Assembly: GCA_018268995.1 (NCBI GenBank) | Contig: JAFDVL010000097.1 | Location: 4,395-68,394, forward strand | Direction: 5' to 3' | Length of the DNA stretch: 64,000 nt | Origin: Acidobacteriota bacterium | GTDB taxonomy: Bacteria > Acidobacteriota > Blastocatellia > RBC074 | Shown here: positions 59,784-64,000 of the stretch, piece after piece | Layout: every line of letters starts with the position of its first letter | Numbering within the stretch: the first letter of the stretch is position 1 | Position numbers and translations under genes: made by a program | Notes under the pieces: model-generated | What the model was told of the DNA's origin: nothing | Seen by the model: the letters and a program-made list of their open reading frames with translations, nothing else | Database searches by the model: none

Positions 59784-60647
59784 TCAGGGCATGAGGGTGG
59801 AAAAATGTCTGAGCATTCGTTCGGGATTGGCTGGCAGGCCAGTAAACAAAGTAAAGGTTTTTACTGCCTGAAAGACGGTCATTCCAGAGCCATTCAACAC
59901 CTGACAACCCAGTGCTTTGGCGTGGCGAAGTAGCTCGGTTTCCAGGGGCGTGTAAATCACCTCTGACACCCACAGATTGGGATGCAGCAGCGACGCGGAA
60001 ATGGGCAAGCCCGGATGCCCATACATTCCAATCGGTGTCGCCTGCATGCATCCGTTCGCAGTTGCCAGCGCGCTCTCTGGACGAAGGATTGGCTCAGCCC
60101 AATCTTTTGCCAGTTGCTGGTTGCAGTGCGTGGCCAATTGCACCGCGCGTGACTGGGATACGTCATAAACCAGCAAGTGCTGCACACCCAATTGAAAGGC
60201 GGCATATGCCAATGCGGCACCCGCTCCGCCTGCTCCCAGCAAAGCAACTTTTTCGCGTGGCACATCGGGCAGTCCACGTTTGAAGCTTTCGGCAAATCCC
60301 CACCAATCCGTGTTGTGGCCAATGCGTTTGCCGTTTGTGAAAACAACTGTATTGACGGCTCCAATCGCGTTGGCTTCGACTGACAGCTCATCTAATAAGG
60401 GCAGGACAGCTTGTTTACAAGGATGCGTGATGTTCAGCCCTGCAAATCCGCGTGCTTCGGTTTCATCAAGCAATCGGGGCAGGGCACTTGTGTCTGCATT
60501 CATGGTTTGCAGGTCAAGCAACTCGTAGGTGTACGTCAGTCCCTGCGCGCGTCCTTCCTCTTCGTGCAGTCGAGGCGTGCGAGAAGCCTGAATCCCATGT
60601 CCGATTAACCCGGCGAGGACTGTTTGTGCGGGTGGTTTTGTGTTCAT
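59784..60647 (-). CDS. Shikimate dehydrogenase family protein (AroE/YdiB-like)
   Basis: The N-terminus reads LAGLIGHGIQASRTPRLHEEEG. It carries NITHPCKQAV and the Rossmann motif LLGAGGAGAALAYA. It deviates from the canonical SxSPxMHN motif, so its substrate is uncertain. Confidence 0.78.
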   Translation of the reverse strand: MNTKPPAQTVLAGLIGHGIQASRTPRLHEEEGRAQGLTYTYELLDLQTMNADTSALPRLLDETEARGFAGLNITHPCKQAVLPLLDELSVEANAIGAVNTVVFTNGKRIGHNTDWWGFAESFKRGLPDVPREKVALLGAGGAGAALAYAAFQLGVQHLLVYDVSQSRAVQLATHCNQQLAKDWAEPILRPESALATANGCMQATPIGMYGHPGLPISASLLHPNLWVSEVIYTPLETELLRHAKALGCQVLNGSGMTVFQAVKTFTLFTGLPANPERMLRHFSTLMP

Positions 60648-60727
60648 TGCCAAGCAGGAAACGAAATCCAACGGCAAGTTTACCGGGCGATGCCGGTGCT
60701 CCAGCGTAATGAATGTTCAGTTTGTTT

Positions 60728-61228
60728 TCATTTGCGAATGGTCGGGAATAGTTTTCCGTCTGTAGGAAAACTATCAGTCAGGATTTCCTGATCGGTCAAA
60801 AGCCGTCCTTCCCAAACCATGACCTTCCTGGCCCTTACTCGATATGCCATATCTTGTAGCGCCCTTTTTTCAGTGGTCGTCAACCCACCGTCCAGCTTTT
60901 CGAGCGGGTGTAAGATGACCTTGTAGGGTGCATAAGGGGTAAACCGATACTGCCGACAATCTACTTCAGCAAGAAACAATTCCAACGTTTTCTCTGCCGC
61001 CTCGAAATCACCAATAATGGAACGGGGATGATCGAACCCGTTTACGATAACTGTTTCCGAATTTGCCGTGAATTGACTCATTGCTTTCTTGCCATAGGCA
61101 ATGACTGAATATCGTTGTCCTTGTGGGCGAATCAACAATATCGGTATGTCCTGATAACCCTTTACTTGCGTAACGTTTCTGAGAGTTAACTCTTTCGCTC
61201 TAAGCTGGACGTAAACTATATCCTTCAT
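60728..61228 (-). CDS. Hypothetical 166-aa protein resembling domain I of MreB/actin-like ATPases
   Basis: By eye it aligns colinearly with the N-terminal half of MreB. HPRSIIGDFEAAEKTLELFLAEV resembles PMKDGVIADFxVTEKMLqyFI, and VILHPLEKLDGGLTTTEKRALQDMAYRVRARKVMVWE resembles VLVCVPxGxTxVERRAxxEsAxxAGArEVxLIEE. It lacks the DxGTANT phosphate-1 motif. Confidence 0.45.
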   Translation of the reverse strand: MKDIVYVQLRAKELTLRNVTQVKGYQDIPILLIRPQGQRYSVIAYGKKAMSQFTANSETVIVNGFDHPRSIIGDFEAAEKTLELFLAEVDCRQYRFTPYAPYKVILHPLEKLDGGLTTTEKRALQDMAYRVRARKVMVWEGRLLTDQEILTDSFPTDGKLFPTIRK

Positions 61229-61275
61229 TCATTGATACATTTGTCGTAGCCAGAAAGAACCGAACACAATCAGCG

Positions 61276-63303
61276 TTAGCGACGACTGATCGCCGCGCGT
61301 TCGTACATCAGTCCATAGCCGAACTTGTAGAGCGGCGTTTTGGTGTCATAGGGCGTATCTTCGGCCTGTGCTTTGACTTCATCCATTGAGGACGGCAATT
61401 CAAATGGCAAGTGACCTTGAGGCGCGACCTTTCCGGTCAGCACATCAAACAATGCCGCATCGCTGACGCCAAAATTGCCGAGCAGTGCTGCGACTTTGTC
61501 CTTGACGTTTGACAGAATCGCCGGACGATCCAGATAGATGGTTACGACCGTCGGCACTTTTGCACTGGCGGCTTTTATTGCTTCGTAATCAGCATTGCCG
61601 TCCTTGAACCCTAAATCGCCTTCGTGCTGGCGCGCACCAAAAAAGTAATTCGGGTGCAGCAACTCAAACGGCGCAACTGCACGAATCAACGCAAGGTCAG
61701 CGTCTTCCGGTTTTTCGACCACTGTGAAGCCGTAATCGCGTGCGACTTGCGGATTGATTTTGTACAGGTACAGCTTTTTGATTTTGCCGCTGAGCGGGAG
61801 CGCTTTGTTTTTGTTTTCAAGCAGGACAAGCGAACGGCTTTGCGCGGCCAACGCCTCTTTCACAAATGCTGCATTGCCTGCGATGGATTCTGCCTGCGCC
61901 GGATCAACATAGGGATTCTCAAATAATCCCTGCTGGAATTTTTGCAGCATGATTCGATAGGCAGATTCGGCTAAGCGGGCTTCGGTCAGCTTTCCGGCTT
62001 TCACGGCTTCGACCAGAATCCGCGAATCTTCGGTGCCGCCGAATTGATCCAAGCCCGCGTTCACGCCTTTGATGAAGCGTTCGGCTCGCGGCAGGTTTTC
62101 GACGCCCCACGGCATGCCGATGTAGGCTGGCGATGGCGGTTGTCCCGGTGGCAAACCGTTCGCGCAAGGTTCAGTACAATCGTTGGTAATGCCCCAATCA
62201 CTCACAATCACGCCGTTGAATTTGTACCGTCCGCGCAATTCGTCGGTCAGCAAGTGTTTGCTGAAACCTGCGCCCACTTGTTCGAGCTTTTTGCCATTCA
62301 AGGTGACATCGCGCGGAATCGGATACGTTGGCATCACGCCTGCGACATTCGCCGCAAATGCGCCCGTGAACGGGATGATGTGATAAGCAAAATTATTTTT
62401 TGGGAAGACGTTGTACTTGCCATAGGCCGAATGCCCGTCGAAGCCTTCTGGTTGTGCGCCGTATCCCACCCAATGTTTGACGACCGTGATGACACTGTCT
62501 TTATTGATCCCGGTCGCGCCATTTTGAAAGCCGACGATATACGCCTGCACCATTCGTTTCACGAGTTGTGCGTCTTCGCCAAAGGTGCCTGTGATGCGGC
62601 TCCAGCGCGGTTCCGTGCCGAGATCCGCTTGCGGAGACAAGGCCAGGTGAATGCCGACGGCACGATATTCCTGCCGCGCGATGTCGCCAAAACGCTGCAT
62701 CAGTTTTGCGTCGGCCAGCGCGCCAAAGCCTAATGTTTCCGGCCATTGCGAAAAGCCATTGCCGCCCGCCGATGCGCCCAGCACGTATTGAAAGTGATGG
62801 CGTGGATCGGTGCTGATCGTGAGCGGAATGCCAAGGCGAGAGGCTTCAGCAAGTTTCTGCAATTTGTTGTTTTCCTCGGCCAGGACTCGCGGCGCAGCTT
62901 GCAGCCGTGTGATGAAGCTGTTGACCTTTCCCTCCATGATGGCTTTGCGATTGGCTTCAAGGTCATAACTCCCGCCCGCGCCAATCGAACCCATTTGTCC
63001 GCCCGCTCGCAACGTGCCGTGCATCATCGCGCCTGCTTTTTCTTCGAGCGTCATTTGGCTGACCAAATCTTTGGCGCGCGCCTGTGGTGTCTGCCGCGAA
63101 TCTTCATAGACATCCAGCTTCCCGTTTTTATTGAGATCGCGAAACGTGAGCTTTCCGATGGTAAGCGTTGGCGCGGCTTGGGTTGGTGACTGTGCTGTTG
63201 CGATTGGTTGCGATTGGGAATGCCAGACAGCGATGACACCCGCCAAAACGCTGAGTGCAAGGCCAATGCGAAGGCCGACGGGGAATTTATTTATGCGGAT
63301 CAT
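61276..63303 (-). CDS. Glycoside hydrolase family 3 (periplasmic beta-glucosidase/BglX-like)
   Basis: It has a signal or anchor sequence. It carries KHWVGYG and the nucleophile context GVIVSDWG. The C-terminal domain ends FGYGLMY. Confidence 0.9.
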   Translation of the reverse strand: MIRINKFPVGLRIGLALSVLAGVIAVWHSQSQPIATAQSPTQAAPTLTIGKLTFRDLNKNGKLDVYEDSRQTPQARAKDLVSQMTLEEKAGAMMHGTLRAGGQMGSIGAGGSYDLEANRKAIMEGKVNSFITRLQAAPRVLAEENNKLQKLAEASRLGIPLTISTDPRHHFQYVLGASAGGNGFSQWPETLGFGALADAKLMQRFGDIARQEYRAVGIHLALSPQADLGTEPRWSRITGTFGEDAQLVKRMVQAYIVGFQNGATGINKDSVITVVKHWVGYGAQPEGFDGHSAYGKYNVFPKNNFAYHIIPFTGAFAANVAGVMPTYPIPRDVTLNGKKLEQVGAGFSKHLLTDELRGRYKFNGVIVSDWGITNDCTEPCANGLPPGQPPSPAYIGMPWGVENLPRAERFIKGVNAGLDQFGGTEDSRILVEAVKAGKLTEARLAESAYRIMLQKFQQGLFENPYVDPAQAESIAGNAAFVKEALAAQSRSLVLLENKNKALPLSGKIKKLYLYKINPQVARDYGFTVVEKPEDADLALIRAVAPFELLHPNYFFGARQHEGDLGFKDGNADYEAIKAASAKVPTVVTIYLDRPAILSNVKDKVAALLGNFGVSDAALFDVLTGKVAPQGHLPFELPSSMDEVKAQAEDTPYDTKTPLYKFGYGLMYERAAISRR

Positions 63304-63334
63304 TTGGTTGTTCCTTTGTCCTGGTCATCCGAGT

Positions 63335-64000
63335 TTATGCGACGAATTGGCCATTTTTCATGATTTTGAGCAGACGCTCGCGGTGCTGCAAAATTTGCAC
63401 CTCTTGGGTGGGATCACCCTCTACTAACAAGACATCTGCCAGCCAGCCAGCTTTGATGAGACCCACTTCCATTCCCATCAACTCGCCGCCCAACCTGGTC
63501 GCCGCAACTAACGTTTCGATTGGCGTATAACCAAACAGTTTCACAAATAATTCCAGATCACGTGCATTGCGTCCGACCGGATTGTACGGGAATCCGTAAT
63601 CGCCGCCCGGCAACACACGAATGCCGCGTTTGCGCATTTCGGGATAGAGTTTTTGCATTCGTTCGACTTCAGCAAAGACGCCCATTTTCTCGGCCACTTC
63701 ACGCGTGATGCCAAACGCTTCGGCCTCGTGCAGGCGCGAATACCGCAAGCCAACCGCAGGCGCGATGAAGATTTCATTCTTTTTGGCTTCGAGCAAATCC
63801 AATGTTTCTTCATCCGCGTGCGAGCAGTGATACAAAATGCGAAAGCCGTGGCGCAATCCGATCTTGATGGACTCCACCGATTGCGCGTGCCCGGAAAGCC
63901 AGAGGCCGCGCGCGTGCGCTTCATTCGCGGCGGCGGCAACTTCTTCTTCGGTGTACGTCAGATTTTGCGAAGCGCCCGGCGCAAACGCATCATCCCCTGA
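63335..64000 (-). CDS. Amidohydrolase family protein, C-terminal 221 codons (the 5' end lies beyond the window end)
   Basis: The reverse frame stays open from 63877 up to position 64000, reading ...EEEVAAAANEAHARGLWLSGHAQSVES.... The C-terminus LIKAGWLADVLLVEGDPTQEVQIL is typical of metal-dependent amidohydrolases. Confidence 0.7.
   Translation of the reverse strand, partial: SGDDAFAPGASQNLTYTEEEVAAAANEAHARGLWLSGHAQSVESIKIGLRHGFRILYHCSHADEETLDLLEAKKNEIFIAPAVGLRYSRLHEAEAFGITREVAEKMGVFAEVERMQKLYPEMRKRGIRVLPGGDYGFPYNPVGRNARDLELFVKLFGYTPIETLVAATRLGGELMGMEVGLIKAGWLADVLLVEGDPTQEVQILQHRERLLKIMKNGQFVA

Overview
This 64-kb chromosomal segment is probably from an Acidobacteriota-like bacterium. That placement is inference only, based on a PEP-CTERM protein, an ECF sigma factor coupled to a Ser/Thr kinase, CadC/TPR regulators and giant FG-GAP/beta-helix surface proteins. 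I support about 46 protein-coding genes. I recognised no rRNA, tRNA, CRISPR array, transposase or integrase. Housekeeping anchors are lepA, aroB, a shikimate-dehydrogenase-family gene and an endonuclease III-like gene. The rest is mostly secreted or envelope proteins: an M4 protease with LGFP repeats, a DUF4097 protein, a penicillin-acylase family enzyme, GH3 and GH63-like glycosidases, a 1128-aa PQQ-dehydrogenase fusion and a 2374-aa mosaic surface protein. It also includes signalling genes: LytS/LytTR, ECF sigma plus STK-TPR, and a CadC-like regulator. The most interesting locus is a compact minus-strand four-gene operon at 4408-10262. It encodes an unrecognisable 287-aa protein, two paralogous DUF2791/BrxD-type P-loop ATPases (one with an N-terminal UvrD/PcrA-like Tudor motif) and an Lhr-like DExH helicase. 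It resembles the Shango anti-phage system and the BrxD/BrxHI accessory pair of type 6 BREX. However, it lacks a recognisable TerB protein and all core BREX genes, so it looks like an undescribed variant of a defence or nucleic-acid surveillance module. Intergenic DNA holds several families of structured repeats: hairpins whose arms have 7-nt periodicity, GACAGGC/GCCTGTC mini-palindromes, a ~46-bp tandem array and GTACCG-rich palindromes. All calls come from reading the translations and sequence by eye. No database search or numeric computation was possible.
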